A stretch of 64,000 nt of DNA from Christensenellaceae bacterium (lineage in GTDB: Bacteria > Bacillota > Clostridia > Christensenellales > CAG-138). The stretch spans positions 3,457,778 to 3,521,777 of the forward strand of contig OY764017.1 of NCBI GenBank assembly GCA_963667795.1. The letters are read 5' to 3'. The notes under the pieces are model-generated. The model had not been told where the DNA came from and searched no databases. It saw only the letters and a program-made list of their open reading frames with translations. A program made the translations under genes and the position numbers. This document shows, piece by piece, positions 18,118 to 27,555 of the stretch. Position 1 is the stretch's first letter, and every line of letters begins with the position of its first letter.

Positions 18118-19854
18118 ATGAGTAAGGTGAAACGATTTCTATTATATTACAAGCCGCATAAAGCGCTTTTAATCCTCGATTTAAGCTGCGCGTTTATGGT
18201 TGCGGTCATCGACGTTGCATACCCGCTGCTGACGCAGTACATCCTGCGGACGCTTCTGCCGGGCATGGCTGTCGACTCGACACTTGTTCGCGTATTCGTC
18301 TACCTGATCGCGGGAGCGTTTTTGGCATATGTCGTTCGTGCGCTGCTATTGTACATCATCAATTACTGGGGACACTTGCTCGGCGTTCGTATGGAGGCCG
18401 ATATTCGCAGGGACATCTTTTCGCATATTCAGGAACTGCAGTTCAGTTTTTATGACAAGGTACGTACCGGTAAACTGATGTCGCGCGTGACGACCGACCT
18501 GTTTGATATTACGGAGCTTGCGCATCATGGGCCGGAGGACGTGCTGATTTCGGGAACGACGGTCATCGGCGCGTTTGTCTGTATGGCGTTTATAGAATGG
18601 CGGCTGGCGCTTGCACTTTTATGCATCGTGCCGGTGGCGATCTACTACGTTATGCGCATTCGCGTGCAGATGCGAAAAGCGTCGCTGACGGTCAAGCAGC
18701 GTGTTGCGGAAATCAACGCGAGTATCGAGTCGTCCATCTCCGGCGCGCGCGTTGCAAAGGCGTTTACAAACGAGGATCATGAGCGCGAGAAGTTTGATGA
18801 AGGCAACGCGAAGTTCGTCCATGCAAAAGATCATTTCTACAAATACATGGCCTATTTCAACAGCGGCATGGAATTTTTTGTGGCGATGTTCAACCTGGTC
18901 GTGTTGGCCGTTGGTGGATATCTGATTTACAAGAGCAGCCTCGACCCGATTGTACTTGTCACATTCACGCTGTATATTGCGGCGTTTGTATCACCCATCA
19001 AGCGGCTTGCGGCGTTTGCCGAACTGTACATCCTCGGCATGGCTGGCTTCACACGGTTCTGCGAAATCATGGATATTGAACCGGACATCAAGGATTCGCC
19101 AAACGCAAAGCCGCTGAAAAACGTGAAAGGCGATATTCGCTTCCACGATGTGTCGTTTGCCTATGAAGCTGGGCGCTGTGTGCTCAGCCATATCGACCTC
19201 GACATTCCGGCGGGAAAGACGCTTGCGCTGGTCGGGCCGTCCGGCGGCGGCAAAACGACGCTTTGCCACCTGATTCCACGGTTCTACGAACTGCGTTCGG
19301 GGTCGATCACCATCGACGGCACCGACATTCGGGACGTGACGCTGCGTTCGCTTCGCCGCAACGTCGGTATAGTCCAGCAGGATGTGTTCCTGTTTGCCGG
19401 AAGTGTGATGGAAAATATTCGCTACGGGCGAATCGACGCGAGCGACGACGAAGTCGTCGAAGCCGCGAAACATGCGCATATCCACGATGAGATCATGAAA
19501 TTCCCGAACGGATACCAAACGGAAGTCGGTGAACGTGGATTGATGCTCTCCGGCGGACAGAAACAGCGCGTATCCATTGCGCGGCTGTTCCTGAAAAATC
19601 CGCGCATCCTGATTCTCGACGAAGCGACCAGCGCGCTGGACACCGTGACCGAACACGATATTCAGCATGCGTTTGAAGAGCTCTCCGTCGGACGCACGAC
19701 GCTTGTGATCGCACACAGGCTCTCCACCGTGAAGCATGCGGACGAGATTGTCGTGCTGGACGAACAGGGTATCCGCGAACGCGGCACGCACGACGAATTG
19801 CTGGAAACCGGCGGATTGTACGCCGAACTGTACCACGCGACTATGATTGAATAA
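18118..19854 (+). CDS. ABC exporter, fused TMD-NBD (MsbA/multidrug type)
   Basis: N-terminal TM domain; GPSGGGKT, LSGGQKQR, ILILDEATSALD, IAHRLST. Confidence 0.95.
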   Translation: MSKVKRFLLYYKPHKALLILDLSCAFMVAVIDVAYPLLTQYILRTLLPGMAVDSTLVRVFVYLIAGAFLAYVVRALLLYIINYWGHLLGVRMEADIRRDIFSHIQELQFSFYDKVRTGKLMSRVTTDLFDITELAHHGPEDVLISGTTVIGAFVCMAFIEWRLALALLCIVPVAIYYVMRIRVQMRKASLTVKQRVAEINASIESSISGARVAKAFTNEDHEREKFDEGNAKFVHAKDHFYKYMAYFNSGMEFFVAMFNLVVLAVGGYLIYKSSLDPIVLVTFTLYIAAFVSPIKRLAAFAELYILGMAGFTRFCEIMDIEPDIKDSPNAKPLKNVKGDIRFHDVSFAYEAGRCVLSHIDLDIPAGKTLALVGPSGGGKTTLCHLIPRFYELRSGSITIDGTDIRDVTLRSLRRNVGIVQQDVFLFAGSVMENIRYGRIDASDDEVVEAAKHAHIHDEIMKFPNGYQTEVGERGLMLSGGQKQRVSIARLFLKNPRILILDEATSALDTVTEHDIQHAFEELSVGRTTLVIAHRLSTVKHADEIVVLDEQGIRERGTHDELLETGGLYAELYHATMIE

Positions 19855-19872
19855 CGCAGGAGCGACAAGACA

Positions 19873-20448
19873 ATGAAGAAACGGACGCTTGCAATCATCC
19901 TGATCGTCGTCCTTGCGCTTGCGGGACTATGGCTGGCGAGAGAGCAGACCGCACAGGAAGCGGTTACAATTGACGAGCCGCAGGTGACGAGTTGTCTGAT
20001 TGCGCTGGACGAAGTGCAGCAGGCAAATGCGGCGCAAGCCGAAGCTGAAAACGACGAGGCACTGCCGGAGGCGACCGTCGAGGCGCAGGATGAAACCACG
20101 CCGGACGAAGACGGCGCGTATACGACAAAGGACGATATCGCCGCATACATTGCCGCATACGGTATGCTGCCGAACAACTTTATGACCAAAGAAGAAGCGC
20201 GTGATCTCGGCTGGAACGGCGGTGGACTGGACGACTATTCCTACGGCATGTGCATTGGCGGCGACCGGTTCGGAAACTATGAAGGGCTTTTACCGGAGGC
20301 AAGCGGGCGGCAGTATTATGAATGCGACGTGGGTACGCTGCACTCTGATGATCGCGGAGCGGAGCGGATCGTCTTTTCCAACGACGGGCTGGTCTACTAC
20401 ACGGATGATCATTATGAGTCGTTTGCACTGCTGTACGGCACGCCGTAA
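19873..20448 (+). CDS. Exported/membrane-anchored barnase-like (T1/N1 family) ribonuclease
   Basis: KKR + hydrophobic signal/anchor, acidic linker, LPNNFMTK..A..LGW, IGGDRFGNYEGLLP, YYECD, RGAERIVFSNDG, YYTDDHY. Confidence 0.9.
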   Translation: MKKRTLAIILIVVLALAGLWLAREQTAQEAVTIDEPQVTSCLIALDEVQQANAAQAEAENDEALPEATVEAQDETTPDEDGAYTTKDDIAAYIAAYGMLPNNFMTKEEARDLGWNGGGLDDYSYGMCIGGDRFGNYEGLLPEASGRQYYECDVGTLHSDDRGAERIVFSNDGLVYYTDDHYESFALLYGTP

Positions 20449-20475
20449 CGATGGAATGTTTTAAGGTAAATGCAT

Positions 20476-20763
20476 ATGCCCAACAAACGAAAAATCGTAT
20501 TAAATGGAAGGCGCATGGACACGCGCGAACGCACCCACGCGCATATCAAGCGGCGGATGAAACTGCCGGACTGGTACGGCGGTAATCTGGACGCGCTTTG
20601 CGACTGCCTTGGCGAAATCAACGAGCCAACGGTCGTATTGCTGCGTCATACCGAGCGGATGAAGCGCAGCCTTGGCGATTATGGCACTCGGCTGGTCACG
20701 GTGCTTGCCGCGATGACGAAAGAGAATAAAAATATCGAACTTGAGGTTCATAACAGGTTCTAA
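20476..20763 (+). CDS. Barstar family RNase inhibitor
   Basis: LPDWYGGNLDALCDCL motif; directly after the RNase gene. Confidence 0.9.
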   Translation: MPNKRKIVLNGRRMDTRERTHAHIKRRMKLPDWYGGNLDALCDCLGEINEPTVVLLRHTERMKRSLGDYGTRLVTVLAAMTKENKNIELEVHNRF

Positions 20764-20765
20764 GG

Positions 20766-20795
20766 AACGGCACGCAAAGCGCGTGCTGTTTTTCT
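20766..20795 (+). terminator. Intrinsic terminator after barstar
   Basis: AACGGCACGC-AAAGC-GCGTGCTGTT then TTTCT. Confidence 0.65.
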
Positions 20796-20834
20796 TCTGC
20801 ATGTTTCTGAAGTTTACAGGACAACACAATTCAG

Positions 20835-20864
20835 TTGACCGTCTATATTCCGACATCGTATACT
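20835..20864 (+). promoter_or_regulatory. Putative sigma-A promoter for GH-HEAT-GT2 operon
   Basis: TTGACC-18 bp-TATACT. Confidence 0.55.
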
Positions 20865-20914
20865 ATTTTTAGACACAAACCGCACCGAACGCAGAAAGAC
20901 AGGCGCAATCAATT

Positions 20915-23122
20915 TTGAAAAACTCTCCAGATAAGATAGACGGGAGCATCTCTCGTAAAATAATAAAATACGGCATCGTGATCGGCTTATTGCTGCTGAG
21001 TACGATTTTCCTTGCATGCAGTAAAACGACGGAACCGACGCCGACCGCCGCGCCGATCGCGACGAACACGCCGGAACCAACCGCAACGCCGACGCCTTCG
21101 CCAACGCCGGCACCTGCCGGACCGCTGACGGTCGTTGAAGGAAAATCGTTCCTCATGCGAAACAAATCGGGCGATTACGAGCCGTTTTTCATCAAGGGTG
21201 TGAACATCGGCGCCGCCAAACCCGGATACTGGCCGGGAGAATTTGGAATTGAAGAGTCGGACTACTCGCGCTGGTTCCAATGGATCGGCGAGATGAACGC
21301 AAACACAATCCGCGTGTATGTGGCGCAAATGCCCGTGTTTTACGATGCGCTGCTTGCCTACAATCAATCTGCCGACGAGCCGCTGTATTTGATGCAGGGT
21401 ATTTATATGAATGAAGACCTCATCGTTACGTATGCGGACGCATACTGCAATGACGGTGAGCTTGAAGAGATATTCCACAGGGATTTGACGAATGCAATCG
21501 ACGTGATCCATGGCAATGCGGAGATCGAAAAGTTGCCCGGCAACGCGGGCGGAACGTATACAAGCGATGTATCGCAATACGTGATCGGCTATCTGCCGGG
21601 CATTGAGTTCAGCGCCGATTTCATCATCGGTACCAACGAAAAGAACCCGGAGAAAACGTCGTTTTACGGCGAGTATGTGCACACGGAGAACGCGTCCCCG
21701 TTTGAAGTGTTCCTTGCCGAGGTGCAGGAGCTCATGATCTCCTATGAAGCGGAGCATTACGGCATGCAGCGGCCAATCGCCATAACAAACTGGATTACGG
21801 CCGACCCGCTCAGCCATCCCGGCGAGCCGAATCCTTCCATGGAGGATGCGGTCAGTCTGGACGTCGAACACATTAAGGCGACGGACGCATACGAATGCGG
21901 CTTCTTTGCATCGTACCATGTGTATCCATATTATCCCGACATGATGAGCTATGAGTCGGAATACATTGATGCGGACAACCCGAATACGTATCTTGCGTAC
22001 CTTGAGGATTTAAACGCCTATCACACCATGCCGGTGCTGGTTGCGGAATTCGGCATACCGACTTCGCGCGGGAAAACGCACGTAAACGCGATATCCGGCT
22101 TTGACCAGGGGAATATAGAGGAGACCGCGCAGGGCGAAACGCTTGTGTCCATGATGAGCGACATACAGACGGCGGACTGCATGGGCGGACTGGTTTTCTC
22201 ATGGCAGGACGAATGGTTTAAGCGCACATGGAATACGACCGACCAGGAGGAAGCCGAGCGCAGGCCATACTGGTTTAGTGTGGAAAGCCCGGAAAAGACG
22301 TTTGGGTTGCTTTCGTTCGACCCCGGCGAGACGACGGCGGTTTTGCTTGACGGCGATAAGAGCGAATGGAACGACGATGATCGTGTTACTGCTAACGATG
22401 GCATGCGGCTGTCTGTAAAAAGCGACGAGGCATACGTATATTTCCTGATCGAAACAGGCGAACGTTTGCCGACCGACGGAGCGTTGTACATTGCGGTGGA
22501 CACGATCGGCGACCAGGGCAACACAGCCTATGCGGGACGGGGATTTGTGCAGGCCGCCGACTTTTTGATTTGTATTGACGACGAAGACAACAGCGTGATA
22601 CTGACCGATTCGTATTACGACGTGTTTCAGTATCAGTATTCCGTTTTAAATTCACTGGTTGAACCGATTGAGTATCAGTTTGAGAAGGATTCCGGTATGT
22701 TTGTGCCGATCTACTCGGCGATGAGCCGGGAACTCGTTTTACCGGAGACGGGTGAGGTGATTCCGTTTTCCAAGTTTGCCGCGGGGGATTTGCATTACGG
22801 CATTTCCGACCCGGACGATGCAGCTTTCGATTCGCTTTCGGATTTTTACTCGGGCGACGGGTTCGTTGAGATCCGAATCCCGTGGCTTCTGCTCAATGTG
22901 CGCGATCCGGGTACAAAGAACATCATTGCCGACTGGAACATAACCGGTTCGATCACCGGCGAGACGATTGAGAGCGTTTCCTTCGGCGTATTTACCACGG
23001 GCGGGAGCGGCGCCGTGCCGTTCGGTGATTACAGCTGGGACGCATGGGACCTGCCGACGTATCATGAGCGGCTGAAAAAGAGTTATGATATCGTTGCGCA
23101 GTGCTTTTCCGGCATTGACTGA
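20915..23122 (+). CDS. Lipoprotein with clan GH-A-like TIM-barrel and DOMON/CBM9-like C-terminal region
   Basis: Lipobox FLAC, PT-rich linker, FIKGVN...MNANTIRVY, PVLVAEFG (nucleophile-like), GGLVFSWQDEWFK, LDGDKSEW...DEAYVYFLI; start codon uncertain. Confidence 0.75.
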   Translation: MKNSPDKIDGSISRKIIKYGIVIGLLLLSTIFLACSKTTEPTPTAAPIATNTPEPTATPTPSPTPAPAGPLTVVEGKSFLMRNKSGDYEPFFIKGVNIGAAKPGYWPGEFGIEESDYSRWFQWIGEMNANTIRVYVAQMPVFYDALLAYNQSADEPLYLMQGIYMNEDLIVTYADAYCNDGELEEIFHRDLTNAIDVIHGNAEIEKLPGNAGGTYTSDVSQYVIGYLPGIEFSADFIIGTNEKNPEKTSFYGEYVHTENASPFEVFLAEVQELMISYEAEHYGMQRPIAITNWITADPLSHPGEPNPSMEDAVSLDVEHIKATDAYECGFFASYHVYPYYPDMMSYESEYIDADNPNTYLAYLEDLNAYHTMPVLVAEFGIPTSRGKTHVNAISGFDQGNIEETAQGETLVSMMSDIQTADCMGGLVFSWQDEWFKRTWNTTDQEEAERRPYWFSVESPEKTFGLLSFDPGETTAVLLDGDKSEWNDDDRVTANDGMRLSVKSDEAYVYFLIETGERLPTDGALYIAVDTIGDQGNTAYAGRGFVQAADFLICIDDEDNSVILTDSYYDVFQYQYSVLNSLVEPIEYQFEKDSGMFVPIYSAMSRELVLPETGEVIPFSKFAAGDLHYGISDPDDAAFDSLSDFYSGDGFVEIRIPWLLLNVRDPGTKNIIADWNITGSITGETIESVSFGVFTTGGSGAVPFGDYSWDAWDLPTYHERLKKSYDIVAQCFSGID

Positions 23123-23169
23123 GTGACGAGGAATATTATCACGGATGTGTTAAAGGAGGACGATGCTGC

Positions 23170-24273
23170 TTGGTTATCGTTCAAATGGTTGTCAACTGGC
23201 TGATCGTCGTTATGGCGGAATTTCTGACGCTGTTTACGTTGCTTTTGCTTGTCCTGCATTTTACCGGGGCGGCGAAGGGAAGACGCATCAAAAAAATGCG
23301 CGAACAGCTACTCAGCCTGATTTCCGGCGAGGTTCAGGCCAGCCGAATCAAAAACAAAATCTATGAGATGGTAAGGCCCGACGGCGAGATCGACTCGATT
23401 TCCGCGATACCGGGCATTCGCTCACTGCGCGGATTACAGGTGATTTCCGAAACGGCGGACGAACTGAAAGGCGAACCCTGGAACATACTCAGCCGCGAAG
23501 TCGGAGGAGCGTGGTTTGGAAAATTCCTGCAAAAGCAACTGAACAGCAGAAACATGGATTCCATAATCCTGGTCGTAAAACTGATTGGAACACTAAAACT
23601 GACACGGTATACGACGGAAGTAATTGCGCAGGTCTATTGCTACCGCTCCACAACGCAGATGCAACACATTGGCATGCTGTCACTTTGTCTGCTTGGCGCG
23701 GAGAAAGAACTGGTAGCCATCTGCCGGGACGAGACGATTGCTTCGCTGCTGTCGTTTCGCACGTTGGAAGAACTGTTCAGGACATATTCCGGCGACCGCG
23801 AAAAGATATGCGGAATACTGATCGACACCGCAGCGGACCTCTACATACGCCGTACTTGCATCAAGGCAATTGGCGAATACATGTACGACAGCCTGGCTGA
23901 GAAGGTCATGCCGTACCTGAACAGCAAACAGCTCAATGCGCGCATCGATGCGATACGAACGCTTGGGCAACTCAAATATCAACCCGCGCTCGGACAGATT
24001 CGGGTGTTTGCCGGTGACGAACGCTGGGAAGCGCGTGTCGTTTCCGCAACGGCACTCGGTGCATTTGGTGTGGAAAATAATTTAGAACTGCTGATCAAAC
24101 TGCTTTGCGACCGCGAATGGTGGGTACGTTACCGGGCGGCGGAAGCGCTTGTTCATTACCCCGACCACGAGGCTCTTTTAAAACGAGTAGAGCAAACAAA
24201 CGACAAATTCGCGCGTGAAATGATGCAGTTTGCGCTCGATAAAGATGCGCTGATGAGAGGGGAGGTGGCGTAA
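23170..24273 (+). CDS. Membrane-anchored HEAT-repeat protein
   Basis: N-terminal TM; repeats IRRTCIKAIG, RIDAIRTLG, RVVSATALG, DREWWVRYRAAEAL; AGGAGG SD + TTG; TAATG overlap with GT2. Confidence 0.85.
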   Translation: MVIVQMVVNWLIVVMAEFLTLFTLLLLVLHFTGAAKGRRIKKMREQLLSLISGEVQASRIKNKIYEMVRPDGEIDSISAIPGIRSLRGLQVISETADELKGEPWNILSREVGGAWFGKFLQKQLNSRNMDSIILVVKLIGTLKLTRYTTEVIAQVYCYRSTTQMQHIGMLSLCLLGAEKELVAICRDETIASLLSFRTLEELFRTYSGDREKICGILIDTAADLYIRRTCIKAIGEYMYDSLAEKVMPYLNSKQLNARIDAIRTLGQLKYQPALGQIRVFAGDERWEARVVSATALGAFGVENNLELLIKLLCDREWWVRYRAAEALVHYPDHEALLKRVEQTNDKFAREMMQFALDKDALMRGEVA

Positions 24274-25691
24274 TGCACACGGTGTTATATGACATTGCCA
24301 TCGTAATCAACTATTTTTCGCTTATTTACGTCATCGCCGTCAGCACGATCTATTTGGTTCAGCTACTCTCCGCCTCCGCCGGATTGCGAAAGTACGTCCG
24401 CTCACTTCGGTATATCGACTACAAGCGATTTTTAGACTCGGAGCATATGGTGCCGATTTCACTTCTGGTTCCGGCGTACAACGAGTCTGCGACCATTATC
24501 GATTCGGTCAAGAACCTGCTTTCGCTGGATTTTCCGGAATATGAGGTCATCGTCGTCAACGATGGTTCCAAGGACGAGACGCTGCAGCTGCTGATCGACG
24601 AATTCAAACTATTGCCGTTCCACCAGCCATACAAAAAGTCTCTGGAGACGGAAGAGATAAAAACGATCTACCGCTCCGCAAAGGACTTCCGCCTGATCGT
24701 TCTGGACAAGGCCAACGGCGGCAAGGCGGACGCACTCAATGCGGGCGTGAACGTTTCGTCGTACCCGATTGTGGTGACGATTGACGCGGACTCGATTCTT
24801 GAAAAAAGTTCATTGATCAAGATCATCTACTCCTTCGTCAGCGACCCGAACTGCATCGCCGTCGGCGGTATCGTCCGCATCGGCAGCGGATGCGAAATCG
24901 TCGACGGACAATTGACCGAGGTCGACCTGTCGAAGAAGCCGATTGTTGCGCTGCAAACCACAGAATATCTGCGCGCGTTTTTAACCGGGCGGCTCGGTTT
25001 CGACGTCATGGGAATGCTATTGATTATCTCCGGCGCATTCGGCGCGTTTAATAAAGCGTCGCTGATCGAAGTAGGCGGTTATTCACGTAATTGCATCGGC
25101 GAGGATATGGAGCTGGTCATCAAGCTCCACGAGTTGATGCACCGAAAAAAGCGCAAATACACCGTTCGCTTCCTGCCGGACCCGATTTGCTGGACACAGC
25201 CTCCGGAACGGCTGAGCGATCTTAAGAAGCAGAGAAAGCGCTGGCACATCGGCCTGATAGACAGCCTGCTGCGGCATAAGAACATGCTGTTTAATCCGCG
25301 GTACGGGCGCATCGGTCTCGTCTGCCTTCCGTATTACTGGATATTTGAGTTGATCGGCCCGGTGATTGAAACCGTCGGTTTCCTGTTTGTTCCGATTTCA
25401 TGGGTGCTCGGCATTGTCAACCTCCACTTCATGCTGTCGTTTTTCGCCGTTGCCGTGCTCTATGGAACGATCCTCTCCGTCGGCGCGTTACTGCTGGAGG
25501 AAAACACGTTTAAAAAATATCCCGACTTAGGTCAGCTGCTGCGGCTGTTCTTCTATTCGCTGGTGGACAATTTTGGTTATCGGCAGCTTAATACACTATA
25601 TAAGGTAGAAGCAATGTTCGGCTTTAAAAAGAACAAAAGCCGGTGGGGGGAACTCAAACGCAAGGGCTTTTCCAATAAAAGCAAAACATAG
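24273..25691 (+). CDS. Processive family-2 glycosyltransferase (PgaC/IcaA-like)
   Basis: VPAYNE, VNDGSKD, NGGKADALN, DADS, GED, QRKRW; N- and C-terminal TM helices. Confidence 0.92.
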   Translation: MHTVLYDIAIVINYFSLIYVIAVSTIYLVQLLSASAGLRKYVRSLRYIDYKRFLDSEHMVPISLLVPAYNESATIIDSVKNLLSLDFPEYEVIVVNDGSKDETLQLLIDEFKLLPFHQPYKKSLETEEIKTIYRSAKDFRLIVLDKANGGKADALNAGVNVSSYPIVVTIDADSILEKSSLIKIIYSFVSDPNCIAVGGIVRIGSGCEIVDGQLTEVDLSKKPIVALQTTEYLRAFLTGRLGFDVMGMLLIISGAFGAFNKASLIEVGGYSRNCIGEDMELVIKLHELMHRKKRKYTVRFLPDPICWTQPPERLSDLKKQRKRWHIGLIDSLLRHKNMLFNPRYGRIGLVCLPYYWIFELIGPVIETVGFLFVPISWVLGIVNLHFMLSFFAVAVLYGTILSVGALLLEENTFKKYPDLGQLLRLFFYSLVDNFGYRQLNTLYKVEAMFGFKKNKSRWGELKRKGFSNKSKT

Positions 25692-25723
25692 AATGCAGTA
25701 TCGAAAAATAACAGCGATATGAC

Positions 25724-25760
25724 CAAAAGGCCGGAGACGATGATATCGGCCTTTTGTATT
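25724..25760 (+). terminator. Hairpin terminator after GT2
   Basis: CAAAAGGCCG...CGGCCTTTTG inverted repeat. Confidence 0.6.
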
Positions 25761-25904
25761 GCAAAAAAAACATAAAAAAACGGTTGGCTATGGACGAAAA
25801 AGAAGGTATACTGTATTTGGTGAGATTTGCATGATACAAATTCTGCATGTCGTTTACCCATGACGCAAGGCGGCACCAAACGAAAAAGTAACGAGGAACA
25901 ACGA

Positions 25905-26624
25905 ATGATTCGATTGCAGAAATATATGGCGGAGGCGGGCATTGCTTCCCGGCGTGCCAGCGAGACGCTGATCGCCGAAGGACGCGTGCGCATCAACGGC
26001 GAAGTGGCGGCAATCGGAATGAGTGTCGACCCTGAAAAAGACGAAGTAACGTATGACGGGAAACCGATTCAGGCGGCTGAGACGCTTGTAACGGTTATGC
26101 TCTACAAACCCAAAGGTGTTGTCAGCACAAGCGACGACCCGCAGGGAAGGAAAACCGTGCAGGAATATGTCAAGGACATTCCGGCGCGGCTGTACAACGT
26201 CGGGCGGCTGGATATCAACTCCGAAGGATTGCTTCTGATGACGAACGACGGGGAATTGGCCTATCGCATGACGCACCCGAAGTTTTCGGTTGAGAAAACA
26301 TATTACACGGTATGCGACGGCAAACTCACCGCATCTGAAATTGCCAAGCTGGTCAACGGCGTTATGCTGGACGACGGGATGACCGCGCCCGCAAGGGTCG
26401 AGTTTGTACGCAAAACGAAGGCGGGCGACACGTCGTTTTTGATCTCGATTCATGAAGGACGCAACCGGCAGGTGCGCCGCATGCTCGAAGCGGTTGGCCA
26501 CCGGACACTACGGCTCAAGCGGGAACGCTTTGGGCCGCTTGTCATTGGAGAAATGAAACCCGGCGACGTCAGACGGCTGAGCGCAAGCGAAATGGCTGAA
26601 CTGAAAAGACGGCTTGGTTTTTAA
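25905..26624 (+). CDS. rluB: RsuA/RluB family pseudouridine synthase
   Basis: S4 domain RLQKYMAEAGIASRR, VGRLDINSEGLLL, EGRNRQVRRM; start refined to ATG 25905. Confidence 0.93.
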   Translation: MIRLQKYMAEAGIASRRASETLIAEGRVRINGEVAAIGMSVDPEKDEVTYDGKPIQAAETLVTVMLYKPKGVVSTSDDPQGRKTVQEYVKDIPARLYNVGRLDINSEGLLLMTNDGELAYRMTHPKFSVEKTYYTVCDGKLTASEIAKLVNGVMLDDGMTAPARVEFVRKTKAGDTSFLISIHEGRNRQVRRMLEAVGHRTLRLKRERFGPLVIGEMKPGDVRRLSASEMAELKRRLGF

Positions 26625-26749
26625 AAGAGCTTTCGGCACAATTCTAAAAACGAATGCAAGCTTTTTTACAAGAAAGACGAAAATTTGCCGACAAGATGGT
26701 GGTATGTGGACAAACGATAAACAATTTTCTAATTTTTGTAAAAACTTTA

Positions 26750-26776
26750 GCAGGAACACAAGGGATTATGTCGAAT
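26750..26776 (+). promoter_or_regulatory. Putative sigma-H-type promoter for decarboxylase operon
   Basis: GCAGGA-17 nt-GAAT, matching the Firmicutes sigma-H AGGA...GAAT consensus. Confidence 0.5.
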
Positions 26777-26846
26777 ATAAAGAACAAGGCATAGGATGAG
26801 GATAATACATTCTATGCAAAAGTAAGACTACGGAGGTATGTTTGTT

Positions 26847-27131
26847 ATGGCTGGTATGCCGGTATGGCTTAGTACGATGTTACTTGGCATAGGCACTGTT
26901 TTTGTCGGGCTTATCGTTCTAATTTTTATCACAAAACTTTCAAGCGCCATTATTATTGCAATTGAAAAGAAGAAGAGTGCGTCTGCTCCGGCGGTAGCGG
27001 CAGTGGATGAACAGGAAGCGGCAATCCCGAATCGCGGGACTCTGGTAGCCGTGGTTGCGGCATGTGTTGCGGAGGTTATGGGGAAGGACATTTCCGGACT
27101 CAGAATCGTTTCGCTGAAGCGCGTCGACTAA
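26847..27131 (+). CDS. oadG: Na+-decarboxylase gamma/delta subunit (OadG family)
   Basis: GIGTVFVGLIVL TM, Ala/Pro linker, LVAVVAACVA; GGAGGT SD. Confidence 0.85.
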   Translation: MAGMPVWLSTMLLGIGTVFVGLIVLIFITKLSSAIIIAIEKKKSASAPAVAAVDEQEAAIPNRGTLVAVVAACVAEVMGKDISGLRIVSLKRVD

Positions 27132-27189
27132 GCGCGTTGCTCCTATTGAATAGAATTTCATTTATATACAGGAAAAATCGGAGGTAATT

Positions 27190-27543
27190 ATGCGTAATTT
27201 TCTAGTTAATGTCAACGGAACCAGCTATGAAGTAGCCGTCGAAGAGATCGACGGAAAAGCCGCTCCGGCCGCGAAACCCGCAGTTGAAGCGCCCAAAGCC
27301 GCGCCTGCACCCGCAGCTGCGTCCGCAAACGGAACGAAGGTAACCTGCCCGATGCCGGGAACGATCCTTGAAGTAAAAGTCAAGGACGGCGACGTTGTGA
27401 AGGCCGGTCAGGCAGTCTTCGTACTCGAAGCAATGAAGATGGAGAGCGACATCCCTGCACCTGTTGCAGGAACCATTCGCGGCGTAGCCGTCCAGAAGGG
27501 TGCTTCCGTGGAGACCGGCAGCGTGCTTTGCTCCATTGAATAA
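27190..27543 (+). CDS. Stand-alone biotin carboxyl carrier protein
   Basis: VNVNGTSYEVAVEE, AP linker, EAMKM biotinylation motif. Confidence 0.93.
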   Translation: MRNFLVNVNGTSYEVAVEEIDGKAAPAAKPAVEAPKAAPAPAAASANGTKVTCPMPGTILEVKVKDGDVVKAGQAVFVLEAMKMESDIPAPVAGTIRGVAVQKGASVETGSVLCSIE

Positions 27544-27555
27544 GGGAGAAATGCT

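Noticed and set aside
21030-21120. Repetitive CCGACG/CCAACG-like sequence
   Set aside because: Encodes the Pro/Thr linker of the lipoprotein; not a CRISPR array or independent repeat
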